A stretch of DNA of 44,257 nt, from NCBI GenBank assembly GCA_900128585.1, contig LT642174.1, positions 1 through 44,257 of the forward strand, written 5' to 3'. This DNA comes from Stramenopiles sp. TOSAG23-3. Its lineage: Eukaryota. Shown one piece after another: positions 31,285-40,883 of the stretch (the first letter of the stretch is position 1; every line of letters starts with the position of its first letter). The notes beneath the pieces are model-generated. The model saw only the letters and a list, made by a program, of their open reading frames with translations, did no database searches and was not told the origin of the DNA. The position numbers were made by a program, and so were the translations under genes.

Positions 31285-33477
31285 ATGAAATTGGTACAAC
31301 TGGTTTTGCTGCTTTCCTTGGCCGTAGGGTTGAGGGCAAACACCGAAAACGCAGACGAAGGGGTCGTTAAAATCGACGATGCTAAAGGCATTTCGGATGT
31401 ACCTGTGTGCCAGAACATTGAAGTCAGTGGGGCATACGCCGAAGCGGCCGCAAAGGCCAAAGAACAGGACATTGTTGGTAACCTTGCTAAATCAAGGGAA
31501 ACGGTGGACCCGTCGCTCGATACCCTCTGGAAACAAAGTGCAGACCCCAATAACGAAGACGACATTTCGTCTTCAGCACCAGAGTATGGTTTGTCGTTTG
31601 CGATCTATCTGGGACTCCCAGCCCTGTGTCTCGTTCTCACTATACTAATTTATCCCATCTGCGGTTGTTGCCACCTGTGCGCAAATTGCTGCGGCTACTA
31701 TGGGTGTGAATGCTGCTGTTGCCCCCCCAAGAAGGGGACAGACGGGTCAGACAATTATTATTCGCGCAAGGAACAGACGATTAGTTTCGTGAAGTACTTC
31801 TTTCTGGCACTCGCGACTTTCATATGCGTGTTGATTGGGATCACCGGGGGAAACACCTTTGCCACCGGTTTGCTGGAAATGTCATGTCAATTCGATGGAA
31901 TGCGTGTGACGGGGAAAAATTTGTTCTTTCAGCTGTTGAAACCAGCTGACAACTTGGTAAGCAAAATCGATGGTATTGTGAACGAAACGAACGTGTCGAT
32001 GTATGTCGCCCATCAGAAACGGGGTTACAAATACACCCACGAGCGCCTCACATTGTACCAGGAGGCTATTGGAAACCTGGCAACAAAAGCGAAGGCAGTG
32101 AACGCGTCAAGCCCTCCTTATGATAACACGGGGTTTTGTACCATTTTTATTACGGGCTGCAAAACTGATGCCGCGTTCAACGACGATGACTTCGATTGCC
32201 AACTGTGTACCGAGCCGGGCGTGGTATCCTTGACAACACTGAAAGAAAAAATAGAAGATACTCTGCGCGAACCGTCCGAATCAATTAAGAAAGAGACCAA
32301 TGGTATTCTGACGCATCTAGTTGGAGCACAATCTATGATCAAAAGTGGAGTTGGTGGTATCAGGACCAGTTTGGAAAGCGTTACCTCGTTTATGGACGAC
32401 GGGGGCGTATGGCAAACGACAGCATCGGAGCTTATACAAGGTTCCATCGTAGCGAAGGACAACGCAACTTACGCATTCGGACTCCCGTTTGGCCTCGTCA
32501 TGTTTGGCATGTTCTTAACAGTCCTCGGGTTTTTTGCGATGAAAACATCCCAAGGCTCTGGCAAGACCTTGTACTCGGACAACAACCCGTACAAGCACCC
32601 GATGTCGTTAGGCTGCGTCGGAAAATGCGGAAGCTGCTGTGTTGGTTGCGGCTGGAATCTGACGTGCCTCACGATGCTGATATTTTTTCTGCTATGTGCG
32701 GTCTTGTGGCCAATTATGTATTTGTCTGTCGACATATGTGTGATATTGGAAGATAAGTTTCCAAACAAGGTTAGTGATTATATTCCCTTGGATTCAGGGT
32801 CGGCCAAAATGGTCCAATCGTGCTTCACCCCGGGCGGAAATGCATCGTTTATTCCTGACGATTTAGTTGCTAATTTTGACTTTAGTGGGTCAGTGACCTT
32901 CAACTCGGCCAAGCTGAAAGGGGACATCGATGAACTATTTCAAAATCTGCCAATGAACAAGGTGCGCTCTGCCGTAAACAATATGACCACTTTCACTCAA
33001 AATCAGTGCGATACCGAAGCTGATGCCGTCGCAAAGAAGCGCATCTGTGACATCAGGGAATTAAAAGAGCTTATGACCAAGGTCGATACCGCAGAGACGA
33101 ACTACAAAAATGCCATGATCATCTCGATCGATAACATTGGCCAAATACAAAATATAACGAAACCAATGTTTAATTTTGCAGATGGCCTATTGGAAGACTT
33201 CAGTTGCCTGGCTGTTGGGGAGGAGTTCAGGGCGACCACTGGGATTCTCTGTGGGTCAATTGTTCCAGGACTGTCGCTGTTCGTTATGGCTATGCTGCTC
33301 ACGGCTCTCTTGGGATGCCCACTGGCGTGTGCGGGCATTGGCATAAATAAGACAATGGGTGGGCATGGCTTACCAAAAAACCACGACTTGTACGCGCAAA
33401 ATGGTGATGTCGAACTTACCGGCTTCCCTATGGGCCCCGATTCCGAGGGGTTCAAAGGAAAAACGAACTACATATAA
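31285..33477 (+). CDS. Prominin/Tweety-like five-transmembrane glycoprotein
   Basis: Signal peptide, TM1 followed by a very Cys-rich cytosolic loop, TM2, large N-glycosylation-site-bearing loop, TM3, Cys-rich loop, TM4 followed by VDIC, second large loop, and TM5 near the C-terminus. Call rests on topology. Confidence 0.65.
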   Translation: MKLVQLVLLLSLAVGLRANTENADEGVVKIDDAKGISDVPVCQNIEVSGAYAEAAAKAKEQDIVGNLAKSRETVDPSLDTLWKQSADPNNEDDISSSAPEYGLSFAIYLGLPALCLVLTILIYPICGCCHLCANCCGYYGCECCCCPPKKGTDGSDNYYSRKEQTISFVKYFFLALATFICVLIGITGGNTFATGLLEMSCQFDGMRVTGKNLFFQLLKPADNLVSKIDGIVNETNVSMYVAHQKRGYKYTHERLTLYQEAIGNLATKAKAVNASSPPYDNTGFCTIFITGCKTDAAFNDDDFDCQLCTEPGVVSLTTLKEKIEDTLREPSESIKKETNGILTHLVGAQSMIKSGVGGIRTSLESVTSFMDDGGVWQTTASELIQGSIVAKDNATYAFGLPFGLVMFGMFLTVLGFFAMKTSQGSGKTLYSDNNPYKHPMSLGCVGKCGSCCVGCGWNLTCLTMLIFFLLCAVLWPIMYLSVDICVILEDKFPNKVSDYIPLDSGSAKMVQSCFTPGGNASFIPDDLVANFDFSGSVTFNSAKLKGDIDELFQNLPMNKVRSAVNNMTTFTQNQCDTEADAVAKKRICDIRELKELMTKVDTAETNYKNAMIISIDNIGQIQNITKPMFNFADGLLEDFSCLAVGEEFRATTGILCGSIVPGLSLFVMAMLLTALLGCPLACAGIGINKTMGGHGLPKNHDLYAQNGDVELTGFPMGPDSEGFKGKTNYI

Positions 33478-33813
33478 AATTTTTTGAGACCAAAGCGTCC
33501 GAGGATAACGAAGTTTCACGACATGTTACGCCCGTACCGTAACCAGTTTAGGCAGTATACGTGTCTGTGATAAATATTTAGAACACATAGAACACATTAA
33601 CTTACAATGTAAACTTAAAAACAAAATTATGGCTGTTATTTAAGTAATTAACGTACTGCGAACTGCATGATCCGAATCAGTGAGTGAAATCGCATTAAAA
33701 TTGTAAACTTAAACCCTTTGTTTTACATATCAATGACAATCATTAAAATTTAACACGAGGATTATCTTTGACATTACATATAATATACTCTTGAAAACTT
33801 ATGCCAATGAATT

Positions 33814-36060
33814 TTATATCACAATAGTCGTGGTATTGCCACTCGGATCGACAATTGCAGAAGCATCTGCGTCGCATGGCAAGCGGTGGGACATGTTTGT
33901 GACTGCCAGGCTGTAGTACGGGTCCATGCCCACATGAAGGCCAATAATAATAATTGACAAAAACAGACGTCTATCCTGCAATTTGAATAGAATCCCCAAA
34001 TCTACATTAGCATCTGTATTCGGTATTACTTTCTGCAAGTATTTTCCAAACATGAAGTTTCCCGCAACAGTGAAAACCGCGTACAGAAACAGAAAGAACA
34101 CGACATCCCAGTCCTTCCCCGAATGTGCAAAGTAGGGATAAACATTTCCATTGTTCGTTTGTTTTGCAATAATAAAGAACACCACAAAGACGGTAAAATA
34201 CATAACTGTAGTAAACCCGTCAATGATATTGTTCAACTTGAATTCGCACCCCATGGAAGGGTACGACCGCCGCTCCAAGTAAATTATTATGAAATCGTGG
34301 AACCGCTTTGACGACAAAACAAATTGGGTGATCACGGTCGCAAACAGGGACCCAAAGCCCATTGCGACAAAAGATGTTAAATCAGTAGCTTCTGCGAACA
34401 ATGAAATGTAGAAACTGCGCTTGAATGCGATGAAACAGAATGCCATTCTATGGCTGAGACGCCATAGCGCATAATTGTCATACCGGTTGTGTTTGCGCAC
34501 TTTGGACAGTAGGTGCCCAGGCGCGGCGGTATGCAGCGCGATGACATCTGCCTCCTCCGCTAGGACCAATCCAGAGACTTCAAAAAATTTCGTCAAGAAG
34601 TGAAAAACCCCAGTCAGTATTAGACGGTTGGTATTGCTCCCTTTGGCGTACGTAACAAAAAACGCAGAAAATATGGACAGGACCCAAAAGCAAGTGGCAG
34701 CCCATGTGGCTGTAATAGCCGTCCAGAATATCTGCTTCATTTTTTTGTTGACAAACACACGAGATGCGACTTTGACTCGACTTTTTGCTTCGAAATCAAA
34801 GGCAATCATGCTGTGGCGACGCCGTTTGTGCTCTTTCTTGCGAGCCAGTTCCTCCCCTCGCCTTTGAGCAGCGCTGACCCGCCGTGACACTTTGCGATTC
34901 GGCTTGTTTGAATTGTGTCTCTTCTCTACATCAAGGCATTCCTCCGCGTGGTGCAAAATTCGGGACTCCGTTTCGGAGGGTGTTTTGGATAAAATTCCAC
35001 GGACGTCACCCAGTGCGTCGGTCGGCTGGTCCATGTTCCACGCGTTATAACGGTCCTTAATGACAGCACTCTGTCGTTTTTGGATATGTTTTTCCGCTTT
35101 CTTCACTTCGTTTATAATTTTCCACCCGATGTAAAATAATATTTGAAACAGACCAATGGAGGTTATCACGAAATGAAACATGCTGGAATCCAGGCAATTA
35201 TCCCAAAAAGAGGTAGACCCTCGAGCAGCATAAACTATTGCGTGTACTGACACGCAGACCCCGGACATCACACACGCAAGGGCGGTTTTTTCTGGAAAAG
35301 ATAGCTTCACAATCAACTCAAACATAGAGAAAAAGAAAAACACGGCAGACATCAGCCAAAAGAACCAGTAGACAAGAAAAAGGCCGTAATGTTTATCCTG
35401 GTATGCGTCTTCATGAGCAGCGATCGGGAAGCAAATCCAGAGCCCAACTACTACAATGGGGACGAAAAACATCAAGAGCGTTTGGTTTTTAAAATTTGGG
35501 GTATGGAAAGTATCTGTATTATGGGTCCAATCGAGATTGTCTATCAGGTTCGAATGGTCATAAATATGACGAAGTTCTCTTAGCCGCTTCTCCATCATCG
35601 GCTTTGCAGAAGTTCGCATAATCTTCCAGCATTGCTTTATATGCGCCGTTTTGCGAGCTTTGTGCATCCGGAAGACCGACTGGACCTTCATAACCGCATG
35701 GATTAAGGTATTCAGTTCTTCAGCACTTTCCACGCCCAACAGTACTAACAATTTTTGATCTGTTTCGAGGAAAAGCCTTTCACTGTTTTTGCGAACAATC
35801 TTTCTGCGTCTATCACGCCCCTGTTCGTATGTTTCTAACCGCAGCTGGTCTAGTTTTGGGCTTACACGGGTCCTCAATACTTCGTGGGCTTTGTCCATTT
35901 GCACCTTATGGGCGTTTAAGCTGTTCTCTAACTCAAGCTCACTCCGTTGCTTGTTTAGTACTTCGTGGGCTTGGTCCATTTGTACCCTATGGGCGTTTAA
36001 ACTGTTCTCTAACTCAAGCTCACTCCGTTGCTTGTTTAGTACTTCGTGGGCTTGGTCCAT
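33814..36060 (-). CDS. Multi-pass membrane protein with N-terminal 27-aa repeats and an IQ-like calmodulin-binding motif; true start may be ATG 36187 across a poly-G frameshift
   Basis: 748-aa ORF. AVMKVQSVFRMHKARK IQ-like motif, about 4 hydrophobic segments, a basic cytosolic loop, then about 7 further hydrophobic segments. Confidence 0.8.
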   Translation of the reverse strand: MDQAHEVLNKQRSELELENSLNAHRVQMDQAHEVLNKQRSELELENSLNAHKVQMDKAHEVLRTRVSPKLDQLRLETYEQGRDRRRKIVRKNSERLFLETDQKLLVLLGVESAEELNTLIHAVMKVQSVFRMHKARKTAHIKQCWKIMRTSAKPMMEKRLRELRHIYDHSNLIDNLDWTHNTDTFHTPNFKNQTLLMFFVPIVVVGLWICFPIAAHEDAYQDKHYGLFLVYWFFWLMSAVFFFFSMFELIVKLSFPEKTALACVMSGVCVSVHAIVYAARGSTSFWDNCLDSSMFHFVITSIGLFQILFYIGWKIINEVKKAEKHIQKRQSAVIKDRYNAWNMDQPTDALGDVRGILSKTPSETESRILHHAEECLDVEKRHNSNKPNRKVSRRVSAAQRRGEELARKKEHKRRRHSMIAFDFEAKSRVKVASRVFVNKKMKQIFWTAITATWAATCFWVLSIFSAFFVTYAKGSNTNRLILTGVFHFLTKFFEVSGLVLAEEADVIALHTAAPGHLLSKVRKHNRYDNYALWRLSHRMAFCFIAFKRSFYISLFAEATDLTSFVAMGFGSLFATVITQFVLSSKRFHDFIIIYLERRSYPSMGCEFKLNNIIDGFTTVMYFTVFVVFFIIAKQTNNGNVYPYFAHSGKDWDVVFFLFLYAVFTVAGNFMFGKYLQKVIPNTDANVDLGILFKLQDRRLFLSIIIIGLHVGMDPYYSLAVTNMSHRLPCDADASAIVDPSGNTTTIVI

Positions 36061-36081
36061 TTGTACCCTATGCGCGTTTAA
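35878..36081. repeat. Coding tandem repeat, 81-bp unit, about 2.5 copies
   Basis: Units start at 35878, 35959 and 36040; they encode MDQAHEVLNKQRSELELENSLNAHRVQ on the minus strand. Confidence 0.95.
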
Positions 36082-37452
36082 AGTGGCAGTGAGCTCAACT
36101 TCGCTGTTTTGTTTGTCCAGCCCCCCCCCCCCCCTCCAGGAATTGTTGGTCGCCCGCGGTCAGCGGTGGGGCTTGGCCTTCATCCATGGGTGTACAGTGT
36201 GTCCCTACCTTTGCGCGTCTTGAAGAAACAACAGCAATTTCTGACTTCCACAAATTGTCACAACTTTCGCACGGTTTTCCGGTTTGCTCGGGTGCATGCT
36301 TGCCCTTCGTTGCTGAGGTGTTTATGGAAAATGTCACAGTATTATTGAAGAAGAGTCGGAAATAATATTTAAAAAATACAATAATATATATAGTTTTACA
36401 ATAATAATAAAATAATAATATGCTACCACCACCGCCGACCCACCACCGCTACGGTGTACCGGTAGCTGTCATCCCATTAACTGGTTGGGTGGCCCTGCTG
36501 GTATAACATTTAAATAGTGTCTTCTACCAAGGTTCTAGGAATCAATAATTAGCAAATGAAAGCAGGACGGAGGAAGAAGGAAGGAGGTAATCAACAACAA
36601 AAATAGAAACGATAATAAAGAATATAGTAGTAACACACTGTTGATGTCACTCTACTTCTTACTACGGTACGGTACTCGGTAAAATAAAGTTAGTTGCACA
36701 GCATTGAACATGCGCCGACCCTCTGCACTCTCCTCTCTGCACTGCAGCATATTCTTCCATTTTTACTTTTTCATTTTAATTAAGTATGTATAGCTAAATA
36801 AGGAGCTTTTGATTACATTTTTTATATCCCTTCGTGATAAAAGTTAGTAGTACGATATTATTATATACATAATTAAAAAGGAGAAATATATATTAAAGCG
36901 TATGGATATCTCCTTAATTAGTTTTTGGCGTTTTACCATCGTTTTTTAATGTTCTATTTAATTATTATTATAATGTTGTAATGTTGTAATAAAAACCAGC
37001 CTATAAAGAGTATACATTATGTACTAAAAAGAACGCGAAAGACACAAACAACAGAAAAACAAAAAAAATAATTGTTTTACGTACTTTACAAGCAAAAGTA
37101 ATGGTTATTTATTGTTGCACCACACAAAATAAAGTAGTTATTATATATAAAACATAATATATATTAATATTATTATTAAGAAGAACAACAACAAGCCAAC
37201 AAAACGAAGGCGGGTGGGACGGACCGGACGCCAGACGCCGTGTATGCCGGCCGTGCCGTGTTCGCCATTCTTCTATCCACTTTCCACATCTTCAGTCAAT
37301 CTTTCCCTACAAGTGAAAAATAAAATAAAAAATAAACCCACCCATTCGCACTTCAAAAGGCGCAAAGGTTACCCACACGACTGCAACTCTGGGTTAAAGC
37401 ATTCTTACCCCACCCATGCTTTCCCGGGCGGTGCGTTCTTACAAGTAAGGGC

Positions 37453-38856
37453 ATGAAGAAAGGGGCATTGCGAAATGCAGAAAAAAATCGAACGGCGACT
37501 TGCCCGTTTGCGAACACCATCGCCACTGTTGCTATACAACAGTACAGGAATGTCGTACAGGATATTGGTGGCATACAATTCCAACAAACAGCACTTGCTG
37601 CTTTTGTTTTGCAAATATTTGAAGAGGAGAAAGAGACTGAATTTTTGGTTGCATCGTTGGGCATCGGAACTAAATTTTTGACAAAAGAAAAGATTTTAGA
37701 GGACGTTGAAGGAGAGTGCGTCAGAGATATGCACGCCGAGGTGACAGCCCGTAGAGGCTTTGTCAGTTTTTTGTACGAGCAACTAGAAAAGTGCACTGAA
37801 AAGGAAGGGAGCATTGTTTTCGACCGCGACTTATCTGGCAACAAATTCCATCTCAAAACCAATGTACATATTCATTTTTATACTAGTTCTCAACCTTGTG
37901 GAAACGCCTGTTTGAAAAAGTTCGCAAAGAATAGAAAGGAGGGAGACCAGTATGGTACCACGTCCGCTTCGATCTGCCCGGATATAGCCCACGCGCCAAA
38001 ATCATTTTCTGCAGTCCGCGAAGGAGAAATTTCATTGCTTTTGAAGGGTTCTCCCCCTGCGTCTGAAGGACATGCTGGTAGAAATCGCATTTTGTCTCCA
38101 ACGGGAACTCATTTTGTTTCTCAAGCGAACTTTGAGGCTTCAAATTCATGTGTGCACACGTGCAGCGATAAAATCGCACGGTGGAATCTCCTCGGACTGC
38201 AAGGCAGTCTCTTGCGCCATTTTATCCCGGGCACTATTCATATGCGATCATGTACTATAGGGAGAAAATTCGGAAGACCATTTTCAGAGCGAGCGCTTTG
38301 TTGCCGGTTGCAGAATATTGAAATGCCCACGGTCAACCACCCTGTTCTACTTTGTACCAGCGTTAAACTTGACGAGTCTGTTTACGAAGGTGCCAATGCC
38401 GGCGCTGTCTTCGCAGAAACGCGTTGTATTGCATGGGCGTATGGTTCATCTGGGGCAAGTATGATAGACGGTGCAACAGGCAAACAGCTGGATGGGTCCT
38501 CATCGTTTATATCGAAACGTGCTTTTGCGCAACGTTTCGAGCATATTGTGAAGTTGCTGTGGCGGAACGGCAGAACCGCCGGTGGTGACCCAGACCAGTC
38601 TGTTCCGTACGATGAGCTCAAGCAGTTGCTGGAAACTTCATATATGGACGCAAAGGCACGCTTACTGTCAGAGCGCGGGTTTAATTTTCGCAAAGCGAGT
38701 TTTCGTTCTAGCATTGGCACATGGGTGCGCAGTCCAAGATGCCGCTCATTGATGCTGAAGCTTCCTTCGTCCTTTGTCAACGATCGACGAAATACCAAGA
38801 CTGTATCTCAACTCGCTGCGGAATCGAGGCGGAAGAAGCGAAAATTGGCAGAGTAA
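37453..38856 (+). CDS. ADAT1/ADAR-family RNA adenosine deaminase (stand-alone A_deamin domain)
   Basis: SLGIGTK, DMHAEVTARRGF (Zn-binding His, catalytic Glu), HFYTSSQPCGNA, TCSDKIARWNLLGLQGSLL, ISKRAF and YMDAKARL; C-terminal RRKKRK NLS-like motif. Confidence 0.92.
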   Translation: MKKGALRNAEKNRTATCPFANTIATVAIQQYRNVVQDIGGIQFQQTALAAFVLQIFEEEKETEFLVASLGIGTKFLTKEKILEDVEGECVRDMHAEVTARRGFVSFLYEQLEKCTEKEGSIVFDRDLSGNKFHLKTNVHIHFYTSSQPCGNACLKKFAKNRKEGDQYGTTSASICPDIAHAPKSFSAVREGEISLLLKGSPPASEGHAGRNRILSPTGTHFVSQANFEASNSCVHTCSDKIARWNLLGLQGSLLRHFIPGTIHMRSCTIGRKFGRPFSERALCCRLQNIEMPTVNHPVLLCTSVKLDESVYEGANAGAVFAETRCIAWAYGSSGASMIDGATGKQLDGSSSFISKRAFAQRFEHIVKLLWRNGRTAGGDPDQSVPYDELKQLLETSYMDAKARLLSERGFNFRKASFRSSIGTWVRSPRCRSLMLKLPSSFVNDRRNTKTVSQLAAESRRKKRKLAE

Positions 38857-38993
38857 GCATTATAGGAAAGAAAGAGCGTTTACCCGCCTTTTCCCCTCTG
38901 TGTGATATATTTATAAATAAAAATGCTTTTAAAAAAATGTAAGTTAAAAAAACGTTTTACCTCGCTTGGTAATTTGAAACCATTGTTACAATC

Positions 38994-40151
38994 TTACACG
39001 CCCGCAGCTTCGTCCGTATCGTTTTTCATTTCTCCGTAAAGCCACCCACCTGCTTCGCTTGGAGGCTGTAACACCATCTTGTACGGAACTTTAGCAGACT
39101 CTTCTTCTTCCTTCGCCTTTTGCCACATCTTATTATTTTCCTCAAAGTTCTTTAAATAAACGGCGCCAATTTTTGGCAGAAGCTTGGCCAGTAGCAGAAA
39201 CAACGGCTTTATGATGAAGGCACCAAAACCGAGCTGGCATGTTGGTGTGCTGACAGTGTCCCTATCACAGTTCATGGAGAGAGGCAAATTAAGTCGTTTT
39301 TCAGAGTCACCTTGGCCAAAAAACTCATGCATGACCAGAACGGCCCATCGCTCGCAGTACGACCAATGCTTCACGGGGTTGCTTACATCAGCACAGTGCA
39401 AAATAAAAGCAGCAAGCATTTGTTTATGCTCAGGTGAGAGGACAGCGCTCAAATCGATCCCTGCGTCTAGATCACTTTGGTCAAGGCCCGTCTCTTTCTC
39501 TTCCAAGTCTAATTTTTTGCGCTCTGCGTTCAACACCAGAAGAAAGCCCGGGAAAAACGCTTCGACGTCTTTCATCAGGGCCCCGTGTTTTGACATGTCC
39601 GTCCATTCGATCGACTGGACAAAAATCTTTTCCGAAACTTCCGTTGTTATAATGTTGTACTGTTTGACCAGAGGCAACGCAAAATCGATGGACTGGAGTT
39701 CCAATATGGACTTGTTATCGTACTTCACCGCTAAAGCATCCTGTCGGTTTACAAAATAACCGTTGTTAACGCCTGGGTGCAGCACGTCGTGGCAGAATGC
39801 AGCGGCAATCAAGCTAGTTCTTTCATTTGGAGTTAAAAATACATAGGCGGAATCATGCATGATACTGTGCGTAGTGAGCATGACGTCAAAGGCGTGCGTC
39901 AGCGTGTGGTAACTTTTGTAGCCAATGTTGTCTGGCAATTTGGCGGTCAAGTACCCGTCCCGGATTGCATCTAAAAACGCAGCCTGGTCCTCTTCACTGC
40001 TTTCACAGCGGTACCCGCTATCCCCAGAGAGCAAGGTCTTCATCACGAGGCGTTGACCTTCGACCGTCCCAGCCACCTCGAAAGCATCTACTCCAGGCTT
40101 GGCCAGGGCCTCAACAGTAAGCGCGCCTTCAGTCGATACTCCACTTCCCAT
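38994..40151 (-). CDS. Class I 3',5'-cyclic nucleotide phosphodiesterase, catalytic domain only, probably N-myristoylated
   Basis: YHTLTHAFDV, CHDVLHPGVNNGY, SILE, TDMSKH, HCADVSNP, EFFGQGDSEK and invariant Gln in CQLGF. N-terminus MGSGVS fits MGxxxS. Confidence 0.95.
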   Translation of the reverse strand: MGSGVSTEGALTVEALAKPGVDAFEVAGTVEGQRLVMKTLLSGDSGYRCESSEEDQAAFLDAIRDGYLTAKLPDNIGYKSYHTLTHAFDVMLTTHSIMHDSAYVFLTPNERTSLIAAAFCHDVLHPGVNNGYFVNRQDALAVKYDNKSILELQSIDFALPLVKQYNIITTEVSEKIFVQSIEWTDMSKHGALMKDVEAFFPGFLLVLNAERKKLDLEEKETGLDQSDLDAGIDLSAVLSPEHKQMLAAFILHCADVSNPVKHWSYCERWAVLVMHEFFGQGDSEKRLNLPLSMNCDRDTVSTPTCQLGFGAFIIKPLFLLLAKLLPKIGAVYLKNFEENNKMWQKAKEEEESAKVPYKMVLQPPSEAGGWLYGEMKNDTDEAAGV

Positions 40152-40883
40152 TCTTCTTGTGTAATTCTAATTCAATAGTTTTCGAATTACTAAATGGTCC
40201 AATCGCACTCTGAATGTTCACTTCCAATCAAAACGATTTTCGTAATCCAGTACATTTTTATTCTCATCGCCGTTCGTCTTCTTCACGTTTTATATATTTT
40301 CTCAATTTGTAATTCGTTACCACCTATAATAATATACGTATACTACTACAAGCTTTATTAATAAAAAACGTGGAGGAGGAGGATGGGGATGATGGATGGT
40401 AGTATTCATCATCATCCATCATGGAACAAAGTATATTAATATAAAATACGTACGATCGTTCCATCCATATATTATTTTCACGAGCTGTTGTTGTTCATTT
40501 TGCTGTCTTCCTGTTGGTTGTATTTTTTCACTTATTTATTATAGAATTTAGAATTTAGAATCAATAATTAGTATAATGTAATGATCGATCGATCAGTCTG
40601 TCATGTCAGTCCGTCTCAACACAAATAGAAAACATCAATGCTGTGTAAGCTATATATAGAGCTGTTTATTTGTGAGGATAACAATAAATTTATCGGTTAT
40701 ACTCAAGCGTTTTATATATAAACACAGCATAGGGATAATAAATCTAATATTCACCGTACTTTTTGTTTACATGTTACATATCAACAGCAGCTATTTGTAC
40801 ATCAAAAAAAGTACGATTATAAATTATAAATGTACAGTATACAACATCTGTAAATAGGAAAAAAAGGAGAAAGGAATTACAAT

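Noticed and set aside
40389-40422. Hairpin ATGATGGATG / CATCCATCAT in the PDE-kinase spacer
   Set aside because: Built from low-complexity GAT/CAT repeats, so chance pairing is likely.
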